DNA from: Balneolaceae bacterium
GTDB lineage: Bacteria; Bacteroidota; Rhodothermia; Balneolales; Balneolaceae
DNA length: 35,885 nucleotides
Reading direction: 5' to 3'
Assembly: GCA_041747055.1 (NCBI GenBank)
Contig: JBGTFX010000321.1
Coordinates: 1 to 35,885 of the forward strand
The notes beneath the pieces were generated by a model that did no database searches, was not told where the DNA came from, and was given only the letters and a program-made list of their open reading frames with translations. Below, in pieces: positions 1 through 10,268 of this stretch (position 1 is its first letter; every line of letters starts with the position of its first letter). The position numbers and the translations under genes are program-made.

Positions 1-35
1 CAGAAAATTTCAGTAATTTTAGCAGTAGTAATCAT
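1..35 (-). CDS. Partial CDS (5' end only), probable IS982-family transposase
   Basis: Reverse complement ATG ATT ACT ACT GCT AAA ATT ACT GAA ATT TTC TG is open to the window edge. A TCGTATATT promoter-like motif lies upstream at 77-85 (minus). Confidence 0.55.
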   Translation of the reverse strand, partial: MITTAKITEIF

Positions 36-140
36 GGCAGGATGGAGTAGTTAAGTTAAGGTTTAACAGTCACTTAAATATACGAAACATCCTGCTCATT
101 TACTCCTAAACCCTCCATTTTTTATCTCGAACTGACGTTA
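1..140 (-). mobile_element. Probable left end of an IS982-family insertion sequence (element continues off the left edge of the window)
   Basis: Minus-strand ATG at 35 reads MITTAKITEIF(C), which resembles the N-terminus of Bacteroidota IS982 transposases as I recall them (MITxxKITEIFC..DDF). 122-140 TTATCTCGAACTGACGTTA resembles their terminal IR. Only 11 codons and one end are visible. Confidence 0.6.
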
Positions 141-336
141 ACTAACTATTATCAATAGCAACAGATACTCATTGATAAATATTCATTATAAAATATATCA
201 TCAAAAAGTGTTATTTCAACACTCAGTCTATCAAAAAGCATCTTCCATTCAAAATGATTGAAATAGGTATTTCAGAGCCAATTTCTGTATTATTGAGAGG
301 CTTTACTATTATACACAAATAAAACAGGAAATTGTT

Positions 337-1356
337 TTGCATAACCCGCTTTTAGACCCTGATGATAAGGAACCAATTGTAGAAGAATCTCTCCGCCCTT
401 CTTCGCTAGATGAGTTTGTTGGGCAGCAAAAGGTGATTAACAATCTCAAGGTTTTTATACAGGCTGCAAAAAAGAGGGGGGAATCTCTCGATCACGTAAT
501 TCTCTCCGGCCCTCCCGGACTGGGCAAGACAACTCTTGCCTATATCATTGCAAGAGAGATGGGTTCACAAATCAAACCGACTACCGGGCCCGTTCTTGAA
601 AAACCGGGTGATCTCGCCGGAATGCTCACTAATCTCGAAGATGGTGATGTACTGTTTATTGATGAGATTCACCGTCTAAATCCAATTATTGAAGAGTATT
701 TGTACTCTGCCATGGAAGATTACAAACTGGATATTGTGATTGATTCAGGCCCCAATGCAAGAAGCGTTCAAATCGATTTGAATCATTTCACCCTGGTAGG
801 AGCCACCACTCGAAAAGGTCTGCTCACCGCACCTCTTCGTGCCCGGTTCGGCATAGATATGCGGCTCGATTACTACGATGTTGAACTCCTCCAGCGAATT
901 GCACTGCGAACAGCTCATATCCTCAATTTTGGGATAACCGAAAAAGGAGCACACGAAATTGCGAGAAGAAGCCGTGGCACTCCCCGAATTGTAAACAAAC
1001 TGCTGCGCCGAACCCGCGATTTCGCTCAGGTTGACGGGCTCTCAGAAATTGATGATGCCATCGCCGATAAAGCTCTAAATGCACTTGATGTTGATCAAAA
1101 CGGCCTTGATGATATGGATGTTAGAATTTTAAAGGCCATTATCGAAAACTATAGTGGCGGGCCGGTTGGCCTTGGAACTCTCGCTGTTGCCGTGGGTGAA
1201 GACAAAGGCACCATCGAAGAAGTATATGAACCTTACCTGATTAAGGAGGGTTTTATGCAGCGAACGCCTAAGGGACGAATAGCCGCAGCCAAAGCATATC
1301 AATATTTAGGGCTTAATGCTCAGGATAATAATGATGTTAACCTCTTCAATTCATGA
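337..1356 (+). CDS. ruvB: Holliday junction branch migration helicase RuvB
   Basis: LRPxxLDEFVGQ, Walker [10 protein letters not shown], Walker [32 protein letters not shown] start with ACAGGA upstream. Confidence 0.98.
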   Translation: MHNPLLDPDDKEPIVEESLRPSSLDEFVGQQKVINNLKVFIQAAKKRGESLDHVILSGPPGLGKTTLAYIIAREMGSQIKPTTGPVLEKPGDLAGMLTNLEDGDVLFIDEIHRLNPIIEEYLYSAMEDYKLDIVIDSGPNARSVQIDLNHFTLVGATTRKGLLTAPLRARFGIDMRLDYYDVELLQRIALRTAHILNFGITEKGAHEIARRSRGTPRIVNKLLRRTRDFAQVDGLSEIDDAIADKALNALDVDQNGLDDMDVRILKAIIENYSGGPVGLGTLAVAVGEDKGTIEEVYEPYLIKEGFMQRTPKGRIAAAKAYQYLGLNAQDNNDVNLFNS

Positions 1357-1424
1357 ATCAGATGTAATTTTTTTGTAGATTCACCCCTCTTTTCACAACC
1401 TTATTTGATGAATAACACTTAGAT

Positions 1425-2576
1425 ATGAAAAATTTATTTACCTCCGAATCGGTTTCTGAAGGACATCCTGATAAAGTTTCCGATCAGATTTCAGATGCTA
1501 TTCTTGATGAAATGCTCTCTCAGGATCCTAATTCACGCGTTGCCGTGGAAACCTTAGTAACCACCGGACTCGCTGTAGTTTCGGGCGAAGTAACAACCGA
1601 AGCGTATGTAGACGTTCAGGAAATTGTACGGAAGGTAATTCGGAATATCGGATACACAAAAGCCAGCTATCGGTTTGATTCTGAATCGTGCGGAGTGTTA
1701 TCCACTATACATCAACAAAGCCCTGATATTGCTCAGGGGGTGGATTCATCAAATGAAAAGAAACAGGGTGCCGGTGACCAGGGAATGATGTTTGGTTATG
1801 CATCTACCGAGACAGAGGCATACATGCCAATGACACTTCAGTTCTCTCACGAATTGTTAAAAACACTCGCACATATTCGCAAGGAAACTGCCCTCATGCC
1901 CTATTTAGGACCTGATAGCAAAAGCCAGGTTACAGTTGAATATGATGAAAATAACAAGCCGCTCCGAATTGATACCATTGTTTTATCTACGCAACATGAT
2001 GAGGGAATAGATCAGGACTTGATCAAATCAGACATCAAAAAACACCTTATTTCTGCCGTTATACCTGAAGAATTGATGGATGTGAATACCATTCTCCACG
2101 TAAATCCAACAGGAAAATTTGTTATCGGCGGGCCTCATGGAGATACAGGTTTAACCGGAAGAAAAATTATTGTAGATACTTACGGCGGACGCGGTGCACA
2201 TGGCGGTGGCGCTTTTTCAGGGAAAGATGCTTCCAAAGTTGATCGAAGTGCAGCATATGCGGCTCGACATGTAGCTAAAAATATTGTTGCAGCAGAACTT
2301 GCTGATGAGTGCCTTGTTCAGGTTGCGTACGCAATTGGTGTGGCCGATCCTGTTTCCATCAACGTTAACACCTACGGAACCGGAAAAGTAAGTGACTTAA
2401 AACTAGCCGAAGCCATTGAGAAAACATTTGATTTAACCCCATCCGGAATCATTGATCGTCTTGATCTTAAAAAGCCCGGTTTTCTTGAAACAGCTGCTTA
2501 CGGACACTTTGGCCGTAACCAGTTTACCTGGGAGAAGCTCAATTTTGTCGATCAAATTACGAACGCCGTTAAGTAA
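1425..2576 (+). CDS. metK: S-adenosylmethionine synthetase
   Basis: [41 protein letters not shown] signatures. Confidence 0.99.
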   Translation: MKNLFTSESVSEGHPDKVSDQISDAILDEMLSQDPNSRVAVETLVTTGLAVVSGEVTTEAYVDVQEIVRKVIRNIGYTKASYRFDSESCGVLSTIHQQSPDIAQGVDSSNEKKQGAGDQGMMFGYASTETEAYMPMTLQFSHELLKTLAHIRKETALMPYLGPDSKSQVTVEYDENNKPLRIDTIVLSTQHDEGIDQDLIKSDIKKHLISAVIPEELMDVNTILHVNPTGKFVIGGPHGDTGLTGRKIIVDTYGGRGAHGGGAFSGKDASKVDRSAAYAARHVAKNIVAAELADECLVQVAYAIGVADPVSINVNTYGTGKVSDLKLAEAIEKTFDLTPSGIIDRLDLKKPGFLETAAYGHFGRNQFTWEKLNFVDQITNAVK

Positions 2577-2587
2577 AACTTTTAAAT

Positions 2588-2620
2588 ACCCGTCAGACCG
2601 CTTTGAGCGGTCAGACGGGT
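2588..2620. repeat. 15-bp-arm imperfect palindrome after metK (REP-like element or terminator)
   Basis: ACCCGTCAGACCGCT-TTG-AGCGGTCAGACGGGT with one A/A mismatch, followed by TTATT. Confidence 0.7.
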
Positions 2621-2773
2621 TTATTCTACCATTACGAATCCTCCCCCCTCTAAAAAACCATAACAAGTTTATTCCCCTTCTTTCATTTCACTTTTTATTA
2701 CACTTCTATATTTCAATTGCTCTTAAAATTGTATTACAATAGGGGCAACAAATCAAAACTAAATAAAGTGACT

Positions 2774-4084
2774 ATGCAAAAAACACTTACCATGCTCATT
2801 GGGTTGATGTTTGCCCTAATAAGTTCATTTGCGATGGCACAGGATCGCCCGCACGTATTTGAAGGAGCTGAAATTATACCGGTTGTTGGAGAACCCATTT
2901 CCAATGGAATACTCGTTGTTCAAAATGGAAAAATAGTAGCAATCGGGTCAGCCGGCTCGGTTTCCATACCGAGAAACGCAGAGGTTATTGACGCTTCGGG
3001 AAAAGTAATTATGCCGGGTTTGGTTGATAGCCATTCTCATGTTGGAGAAGGTGACGGCGGAGACAGATCCGCAGCGCTTCACCCCGATGTACGAATTATG
3101 GATACCATCAACCCTACAAGTGACTCCTTTAAAATGGCACTTGCCGGTGGAATCACTACGGTAAATGTAATGCCGGGTTCGGGACATTTAATAAGTGGTC
3201 AAACGGTTTATTTAAAACTTCGGGATGCCAACAAAATTGAAGATATGCTCATGTATTCCGATGAGGAAGCCAATATTTATGGTGGCTTAAAAATGGCAAA
3301 TGGAACTAACTCCATTCGTACAAGTGGCCCGTTTCCGGGAACACGTGCAAGATCATCTGCAATGGTTCGAAATCTCTATATTAAAGCTCAGGAGTATAAA
3401 GAAAAAATAGACGCAGCCAATGGAGATAGTGAAAAAATGCCCCCACGTGATCTTCAAATGGAAACACTTGTTGAAGTACTTGAAGGCAAACGGATGGTTC
3501 ACAACCACACTCACCGTCATGATGATATATTAACCGCTATTCGACTGGCTGATGAATTTGGCTACAGAATGGTGTTGCATCACGTAAGCGAAGGCGGACA
3601 AGTTGCGAAAGAAATTGCAGCATCAGGATATCCCGCATCTATCATTGTACTTGATTCTCCCGGCGGAAAACATGAAGCCATTAATCTTGATTATGAGATT
3701 GGCCGAAAACTTGAAGAAGCCGGTGCTGAGTTTGCTTACCATACGGATCATCCCATTACAGATTCCAGGCTTTTCCTGCGATCAGGAGCTTTTGGTATAC
3801 GAGCCGGAATGAGTCGACAAAAAGCTTTGGAAGCACTAACGATTGTTAATGCTAAAATGATGGATCTTGATGATCGCGTAGGATCTCTTGAAACAGGAAA
3901 AGACGCTGATTTTATAATTCTGAATAGCGACCCTTTTAGTGTTTATACACAGGTTCAGGAAACCTGGATAGACGGGCAAAAAGTTTGGGATCGCTCAAAC
4001 CCTGAAGACAAGAAATTTGCCACCGGTGGAGAGAATGTCTTTAACGGATTATCTCAGGGTCATCACGATCATGGAGGAAACTAA
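2774..4084 (+). CDS. Secreted metal-dependent amidohydrolase family protein (metal ligands intact)
   Basis: Signal peptide MQKTLTMLIGLMFALISSFAMA-Q; PGLVDSHSH, LKMANG, HTHRHDD, LHHVSE, HTDHP; GSLETGKDADF. Start moved from the ORF-track 2717 to ATG 2774. Confidence 0.9.
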   Translation: MQKTLTMLIGLMFALISSFAMAQDRPHVFEGAEIIPVVGEPISNGILVVQNGKIVAIGSAGSVSIPRNAEVIDASGKVIMPGLVDSHSHVGEGDGGDRSAALHPDVRIMDTINPTSDSFKMALAGGITTVNVMPGSGHLISGQTVYLKLRDANKIEDMLMYSDEEANIYGGLKMANGTNSIRTSGPFPGTRARSSAMVRNLYIKAQEYKEKIDAANGDSEKMPPRDLQMETLVEVLEGKRMVHNHTHRHDDILTAIRLADEFGYRMVLHHVSEGGQVAKEIAASGYPASIIVLDSPGGKHEAINLDYEIGRKLEEAGAEFAYHTDHPITDSRLFLRSGAFGIRAGMSRQKALEALTIVNAKMMDLDDRVGSLETGKDADFIILNSDPFSVYTQVQETWIDGQKVWDRSNPEDKKFATGGENVFNGLSQGHHDHGGN

Positions 4085-4085
4085 G

Positions 4086-5339
4086 ATGAATAATTCAGAA
4101 ACTAACTTTATGAAATTACGAGCACTGCTGTCAGTTTCACAAAAATATTCAGTAGCAGTACTATTTTTTGGTTTGATGTTTCTTTCAGCAGAAATGATTC
4201 AAGCTCAAAAAATTGCTGTTAAAGGCGAGCTTATTCACACCTCAGCAGGGGATGCTATTGAAAATGGAACCATTCTTATTAATGATGGAATCATTGAGGC
4301 AGTAGGCCCTGAATCCAGTATTCAAATACCATCCGGTTACGAACTGTACGAAGCAAAAGTTGTAACTCCGGGATTGATTGATGCTCATTCCGTAGTAGGG
4401 ATGGCCGGCATTTATAACGTACCCAGTGATCAGGATCAGCTTGAAACATCCAGTGCTTTGCAGCCTGATTTACGAGCCATAGACGGATACAATGCCCGTG
4501 AAGAACTCGTTGGAGTATTACGTGAACTTGGGATAACCACCGTCCATACGGGACACGGACCCGGGGCTGTTATTAGTGGTCAGACTATGATTGCCAAAAC
4601 CGTTGGCACATCGGTGGAGGAAGCCGTTGTTGAGCCGGTAACAGCTCTTGCTATGACTATCGGATCATCTATTCGAAGTCAGTTTGATTCTCCCGGAACG
4701 CGATCAAAAGCGATTTCTATGCTTCGCCAGGAGTTAATTCGTGCGCAGGAATATGCAAACGGAAAAGAAGATCAAGCAAGAGACCTTCGAAAAGAATCTC
4801 TTGTTGATCTCTTGAACGGTGATATATATGGGCTCATCACAGCTCACACTGCCCGGGATATTATGACTGCCCTGAGACTCCAGGAAGAGTTTGGATTTAA
4901 ATTACTCCTTGATGGAGCATCCGAAGCTTATTTGGTGATGGACGAAATCAAAGAAGCAGGTGTGCCTGTTATTATTCATCCAACCATGATGAGACTTGGT
5001 GGTGACGGGGAGAATGCCTCTTTTGAAACAGCAGGAAAATTATCCGAAGCGGGAATTACGGTGCTGTTCCAAAGTGGATATGAAGGTTATGTGCCAAAAA
5101 CGCGAGTGGTTCTTTACGAAGCCGCCATTGCCGTTGCAAATGGAATGGATTATAACTCCGCTCTTCGATCCCTAACCATTGATGCAGCCAGAGTACTTGG
5201 CATTGATGGTCAGGTAGGATCGCTCGAAACCGGTAAAGAAGCAGACGTTGTGCTTTTCAACGGAGATCCATTCGAATACACAACCACTACTGATTTTGTA
5301 ATCGTGAATGGCAAAGTAGTTTCCCGTGGCGGAAGATAA
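4086..5339 (+). CDS. Secreted amidohydrolase family paralog with degenerate metal-binding motifs
   Basis: PGLIDAHSV (second His absent), GSLETGKEADVV, hydrophobic signal ending IQA-Q. ATG 4086 is 1 nt after the upstream stop, with GGAGG at about 4073. Confidence 0.85.
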   Translation: MNNSETNFMKLRALLSVSQKYSVAVLFFGLMFLSAEMIQAQKIAVKGELIHTSAGDAIENGTILINDGIIEAVGPESSIQIPSGYELYEAKVVTPGLIDAHSVVGMAGIYNVPSDQDQLETSSALQPDLRAIDGYNAREELVGVLRELGITTVHTGHGPGAVISGQTMIAKTVGTSVEEAVVEPVTALAMTIGSSIRSQFDSPGTRSKAISMLRQELIRAQEYANGKEDQARDLRKESLVDLLNGDIYGLITAHTARDIMTALRLQEEFGFKLLLDGASEAYLVMDEIKEAGVPVIIHPTMMRLGGDGENASFETAGKLSEAGITVLFQSGYEGYVPKTRVVLYEAAIAVANGMDYNSALRSLTIDAARVLGIDGQVGSLETGKEADVVLFNGDPFEYTTTTDFVIVNGKVVSRGGR

Positions 5340-5370
5340 CGGCAAATTTGAATCTTGTTTTAGCACATTT

Positions 5371-5401
5371 AAATCCTCCTCCTACAGAGGGGGATTTTTT
5401 T
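5371..5401 (+). terminator. Rho-independent terminator
   Basis: AATCCTCCTC-CTACA-GAGGGGGATT stem (one G-U pair) followed by a T run. Confidence 0.75.
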
Positions 5402-5515
5402 GTCTTGTAACCCCAAGCCCCTCCTTCGGCATAGCCTTTCCACAGAAGCAAAACCAATCTTGAAATTCCACTGATTAAAAAAAACTAGTTCAGACAGACA
5501 TTCCTTTCAATGACT

Positions 5516-5539
5516 CTCGGACGGGGACGTCCGAGCTAC
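5516..5539 (-). repeat. GTAG-type REP element
   Basis: Minus strand reads GTAG-CTCGGACG-TCCC-CGTCCGAG: a GTAG tetranucleotide abutting a perfect 8-bp stem. Confidence 0.65.
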
Positions 5540-5580
5540 GTAACCCGAAGCTCGGTATATTGTAGTTTTCCCAGCTTCCA

Positions 5581-6924
5581 CTACAACCCAAGATACCAAG
5601 TGGCAATGCCAAAGTAGATCAGCACACCGCCAATATCGGCAATGGACGTTACTAATGGGGCAGACGCGATAGCAGGATCCATATTTAATTTTTGCAGCCC
5701 AAATGGGAGTGACATTCCAATTAAACTGCCAAATAGAACAACAATTATCATTGTTAAAGAAACTATGATAGCGACATTAACTCCTCCCTGATAAAACCCA
5801 ATTCCGGAAACAGCTAATGCCATTAGCAAGCCAATGCCGAAGGCAATTATAACTTCTTTACCGAGCAGACGGAACCAATCTTTCATTTTAACCGTACCTG
5901 TAGCCAGTGCGCGAACCATCAGCATTGCGGCTTGGGAACCTGCGTTTCCGGCACTACCAATCAATAATGGAAGGAAGAATACCAAGGCAACCATCGCTTC
6001 AATTGTTCCTTCGTAATAGGCAATTCCGGCACCTGAAAAGATATTCACAAATACGAGTACCAAAAGCCAAGGCAAACGACTTTTTATCATCTGAACCACA
6101 CCGGCATCGGCAAGTGTCATTTTTCCAAGGGTCACAGATCCCATTTTGTGGAAGTCATCCGTTGCCTCTTCTTCCAATACATCCATCACATCATCGAAGG
6201 TGATAATGCCCATTAATTTATGATTTTCATCAAGAACCGGAATGGCAATCAGATCATATTTTGACAATACTTCTGCAGCCGACTCCTGCGATTCTGAGGC
6301 CTGAACCGTAATTAAATCGATCGTCATTATATCATCCACCTTGTCATTCAATGTGGCAAGCATGAGCTCTCTTAGTGACACAAATCCAACCAGCTCCCGG
6401 TTTTCATTCAGAACATAAATGGTGTAGATCGTCTCCTTATCGGGAGCTTCGCGTTTAATTTTTTTGATAGCTTCCCGAACAGAGTTTTCCTTGTAAACCC
6501 ACACATAGTCGGAGGTCATCACAGCGCCGGCTGTTCCCTCCTCATAATTACTAAGCCGTAAAATATCTTCACGTTCAGCTTTGGCTAAAGACCGCATAAC
6601 GGTTTCACGAAGCTCATCATCCAAAGTCTGAAGAAGATCAACCCTGTCATCATGCGACATCAATGACACTAATTTTACCAATCGGCTAAACTTCATGGAG
6701 GTAGCAAGAGCCTGCTGGGTGTTCTCACTCAGGTGATGAAAAACCGCAACCTTCTGATCAATATCGAGTGTATTGAGGATGGGAAGAAGGTCTTCATCCT
6801 CGAACTGATCCATTAAATCAGCAAGAGTAGCGGGATGCAGCTCACTTACTTCCGACCGAATAGTATCTAAAATTTCCTGGGATGCTTGTGGTTCAAGCAG
6901 TTCTAACAGCTTTTCTTTTTCCAT
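5581..6924 (-). CDS. mgtE: Magnesium transporter MgtE
   Basis: N-domain HPAxxAD, AGAVMTSDY, CBS pair, GIITFDDVMD, RLPWL, AGNAGSQ, DPAIASAPLVTSIAD. Start ATG 6924 with AGGAG RBS at about 6932-6936. Confidence 0.96.
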   Translation of the reverse strand: MEKEKLLELLEPQASQEILDTIRSEVSELHPATLADLMDQFEDEDLLPILNTLDIDQKVAVFHHLSENTQQALATSMKFSRLVKLVSLMSHDDRVDLLQTLDDELRETVMRSLAKAEREDILRLSNYEEGTAGAVMTSDYVWVYKENSVREAIKKIKREAPDKETIYTIYVLNENRELVGFVSLRELMLATLNDKVDDIMTIDLITVQASESQESAAEVLSKYDLIAIPVLDENHKLMGIITFDDVMDVLEEEATDDFHKMGSVTLGKMTLADAGVVQMIKSRLPWLLVLVFVNIFSGAGIAYYEGTIEAMVALVFFLPLLIGSAGNAGSQAAMLMVRALATGTVKMKDWFRLLGKEVIIAFGIGLLMALAVSGIGFYQGGVNVAIIVSLTMIIVVLFGSLIGMSLPFGLQKLNMDPAIASAPLVTSIADIGGVLIYFGIATWYLGL

Positions 6925-6986
6925 ACTGATACTCCTATTTGTTAGCCTAATCAAGCTACGGATGGAGTTCAGTAAAAAGCTTTAGT

Positions 6987-7079
6987 TCAAATGGAAAGCG
7001 TTTTACAAAATTCAGCCGCAGACGAGAAAGATTGGGCTTTTAAAGTTTGATAATATGAATGACTACCGGGTTCGTCCAT
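6987..7079 (-). promoter_or_regulatory. Candidate leader uORF (30 aa) upstream of mgtE
   Basis: Hand translation gives MDEPGSHSYYQTLKAQSFSSAAEFCKTLSI*, ending 62 nt before the mgtE ATG. The acidic-Pro start is reminiscent of MgtL. Confidence 0.35.
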
Positions 7080-7106
7080 ATATGGGTTACATTGTTGCTG
7101 ATTTAT

Positions 7107-7130
7107 CGTCTGAAAAATAATTTTCAGACG
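7107..7130. promoter_or_regulatory. Perfect 10-bp inverted repeat in the mgtE/uvrA divergent region
   Basis: CGTCTGAAAA-ATAA-TTTTCAGACG; function unknown. Confidence 0.5.
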
Positions 7131-7330
7131 CGCTCAATAATAAATTTTAATCACTCAAACTACAAGTGATCGATTTTTAATTTACACAGGATAGAAAATC
7201 GCTGAGACACATTATAATCTGAACGCTTCTACAAGTTCCTTCTGTTAATTTTAAATCAAGAAGCGATTAAATTCCGCCTAATAGTTTCGTATCTTAACCT
7301 GTTTACACAATATTTAAGAATTGACTCTGC

Positions 7331-10147
7331 ATGAGCGAGACAACCACGAAAAATTCCGGCAGTTCATCTAACGGATCTTTGGCACAAAATCGCCCGATAG
7401 TAATTAAAGGTGCACGTGTTCATAACCTTAAAAACATCGATGTTGAAATTCCCCGTAATAAACTTACGGTGATAACCGGTGTATCCGGTTCAGGAAAATC
7501 AAGCCTCGCATTTGATACCATTTACGCTGAAGGTCAACGCCGATATGTTGAAAGTCTTTCGAGTTATGCCCGCCAGTTTTTAGAAAGAATGGATAAGCCC
7601 GATGTTGATTATATGCACGGCATTTCTCCGGCCATGGCCATTCAGCAGAAAACAACCACTTCAAACCCGCGCTCTACGGTGGGTACATCTACAGAAATTT
7701 ATGATTACTTCCGCCTCCTTTTCGCAAGAATCGGTAAAACAATTTCACCAATATCGGGGAAACAGGTTCAAAAAGATTCTACGCGAAGTATCATCAAAGA
7801 ACTGTTTGATGCTTTTGATGAAGGCACAAAATTCTATGTCCTTTTCCCAATCGAGCTACGGGAAGGACGCAAACTTGAAGACGAACTCAACGTTCTAAAG
7901 GAGAAGGGACTAACCCGATTGTTAAAGGTTGATGGCGAGTCGATGATCGATCTTTCGCGCGACGACATCAACCCGAAAAAGCTAAAGCCGAAGCAGTACC
8001 GGGTTTTAATTGACCGTTTGGCTCTTAAAGATGATGATGCAACCCACAGCCGAATTGCGGATTCTCTGGAGACAGCTTTTCGTGAGGGAAATGGTCGATG
8101 CAGAGTGAAAATCCGTGACGGTGAGGAGCTCACATTTAGCGAACGATTTGAGCGGGACGGTATGGAATTTATGGAGCCAACTCCGCAAATGTTCTCATTT
8201 AACAATCCGTTTGGCGCCTGTAATACTTGTGAGGGATTTGGCCGGGTTTCCGGGATTGATGAAGATCTGGTTATTCCCAATCATGATAAAACGCTGAGGA
8301 ATGGAGCCATTGCACCTTTTGATTCTCCTAAATTCAACAAACACCTGAGAGATTTTATCAAAGTTGCGGCGCGCCATCAGCTGCCAATCGATATTCCTTA
8401 TAAGGAATTAAGTAAGGACGTGCGGAAAATTTTGTGGGATGGGAAAGACGAGTTTATCGGTATCCGGGGATTTTTTGATGATGTGAAAAGTCAATTTTAC
8501 AAAGTGCATATGCGCGTTTTTTATTCGCGTTACCGTGGCTACAGCCGATGTCCCGATTGCGAGGGATACCGGGTTCGTAAAGATGCGTTATATATAAAAG
8601 TAGGTGATCATCACATTGGTGAAGTTTCGGAGATGACAATCGGCCACGCACGTGCATTTTTTGATGATCTGGAGATCAGCAATTTCGAAAAAGAAGTGGG
8701 CGGACAGATTTTATATGAAATTCGAAAACGCCTGAAATATCTGGACGAAGTTGGGCTTGATTATTTAACCCTTGACCGCCAGACAAATACCCTGAGTGGT
8801 GGAGAATCTCAACGGATTAGCTTGGCAAACTCTTTAGGCAGTTCGCTAATTGGAAGTCTGTATGTATTAGATGAACCGACCATAGGGCTTCATCCCCGTG
8901 ATAATGATCGATTGATTACCATATTAAAATCCCTTCGCGATATTGGAAATACTGTGCTGGTGGTTGAACACGATCCCGAGATGATGAAAGCTGCTGATAA
9001 TATTATCGACATTGGCCCTTTTGCAGGAACTTATGGCGGTGAAATTGTTTTTAGCGGCCCTTATGAAGAGCTCCTAAAATCAAAAACGCTGACCGGAAAA
9101 TATCTCAGTGGCCAGACAGAGATTCCCGTTCCCAAAAAACGGCGGCAGGGAAATGGAAAAATAATTGAGGTGAAGGGTGCATCAGAGCACAATTTAAAAA
9201 GCATTGATGTTGAGTTTCCGCTTGGCAAGCTGATTTGTGTAACGGGAGTTTCGGGATCAGGAAAATCAACTCTGGTACATGATACTCTTTACGCCCACAT
9301 TCAAAAAGAACTTGGTACCTGGAAGGAAAAAATTGGGCGTAACAAAGGAATTCACGGAATGCGATTTGTGGAATCGGTGGAAATGGTGGATCAAAGTCCG
9401 ATTGGACGATCATCGAGATCGAATCCGGCTACCTATACTAAAGCATTCGATGGAATTCGCAATGTGTTTGCGGGAACGCGTCAGTCCAAAATCATGGGAT
9501 ATACGCCGGGCCACTTTTCATTTAATGTACCGGGCGGGCGGTGTGAAAGTTGTCAGGGCGAGGGGGTTCAAAAAATAGAGATGCAGTTTATGGCTGATAT
9601 AGAACTTGTTTGCGAAGAGTGCAACGGCACACGCTACCGGAAAGATGTCTTACAAATTCACTATCGCGGGCAAAGCATCCACGATGTATTAGAGATGAGT
9701 ATCAGCGATGCCATTGAGTTTTTTGTGGATGAGGCATCCATTACAAACAAGTTACAACCGCTCGAAGATGTAGGCCTTGGTTATCTAAAGCTGGGTCAAA
9801 GTGCCACAACGCTCTCCGGTGGGGAAGCGCAACGCGTAAAATTGGCGAAGTTTCTTTCAAAAACAAACTCATCGGAAACCCTTTACTTTTTTGATGAACC
9901 CACAACAGGTCTTCATTTCGAAGATATAGCTAAACTTCTAAACTCATTTAATGAACTGGTGGAGCAGGGACATTCTGTGATTATTATTGAACATAACCTG
10001 GATGTGATAAAATCAGCCGACTGGATTATAGATATTGGCCCTGAAGGTGGATTTGGCGGGGGACAGGTTGTTGGAACGGGAACTCCCGAGGATATTGTAA
10101 AAATTAAGGAGAGTTTTACCGGTCAGTTTTTGAAAGAGCTTTTATAA
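7331..10147 (+). CDS. uvrA: Excinuclease ABC subunit A
   Basis: GARVHNLKN, two [10 protein letters not shown] Walker A motifs, [13 protein letters not shown], two LSGGE signatures, CxxCxGxG zinc modules. Confidence 0.97.
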   Translation: MSETTTKNSGSSSNGSLAQNRPIVIKGARVHNLKNIDVEIPRNKLTVITGVSGSGKSSLAFDTIYAEGQRRYVESLSSYARQFLERMDKPDVDYMHGISPAMAIQQKTTTSNPRSTVGTSTEIYDYFRLLFARIGKTISPISGKQVQKDSTRSIIKELFDAFDEGTKFYVLFPIELREGRKLEDELNVLKEKGLTRLLKVDGESMIDLSRDDINPKKLKPKQYRVLIDRLALKDDDATHSRIADSLETAFREGNGRCRVKIRDGEELTFSERFERDGMEFMEPTPQMFSFNNPFGACNTCEGFGRVSGIDEDLVIPNHDKTLRNGAIAPFDSPKFNKHLRDFIKVAARHQLPIDIPYKELSKDVRKILWDGKDEFIGIRGFFDDVKSQFYKVHMRVFYSRYRGYSRCPDCEGYRVRKDALYIKVGDHHIGEVSEMTIGHARAFFDDLEISNFEKEVGGQILYEIRKRLKYLDEVGLDYLTLDRQTNTLSGGESQRISLANSLGSSLIGSLYVLDEPTIGLHPRDNDRLITILKSLRDIGNTVLVVEHDPEMMKAADNIIDIGPFAGTYGGEIVFSGPYEELLKSKTLTGKYLSGQTEIPVPKKRRQGNGKIIEVKGASEHNLKSIDVEFPLGKLICVTGVSGSGKSTLVHDTLYAHIQKELGTWKEKIGRNKGIHGMRFVESVEMVDQSPIGRSSRSNPATYTKAFDGIRNVFAGTRQSKIMGYTPGHFSFNVPGGRCESCQGEGVQKIEMQFMADIELVCEECNGTRYRKDVLQIHYRGQSIHDVLEMSISDAIEFFVDEASITNKLQPLEDVGLGYLKLGQSATTLSGGEAQRVKLAKFLSKTNSSETLYFFDEPTTGLHFEDIAKLLNSFNELVEQGHSVIIIEHNLDVIKSADWIIDIGPEGGFGGGQVVGTGTPEDIVKIKESFTGQFLKELL

Positions 10148-10152
10148 TTATC

Positions 10153-10180
10153 TGTAACCTTTATTATCACCTATCGTCAT
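10153..10180 (+). promoter_or_regulatory. Candidate ECF-sigma promoter for the OMP pair
   Basis: TGTAAC-N16-CGTCAT matches the general ECF pattern (AAC at -35, CGT at -10). Confidence 0.5.
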
Positions 10181-10268
10181 ACACATCTCCTATTTTGGAG
10201 AAACAAAAATCGATAAGTTATGTACATATCATTGCTTTACATTGAATTACAACACAAAGATATACTCT

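Noticed and set aside
1357-1424. SAM riboswitch upstream of metK
   Set aside because: The gap is only 68 nt and shows no SAM-I or SAM-II consensus; metK appears co-transcribed with ruvB.
6925-7330. M-box (ykoK) riboswitch for mgtE, or a LexA box for uvrA
   Set aside because: No recognisable consensus for either by eye; an Rfam scan would be needed to exclude them formally.
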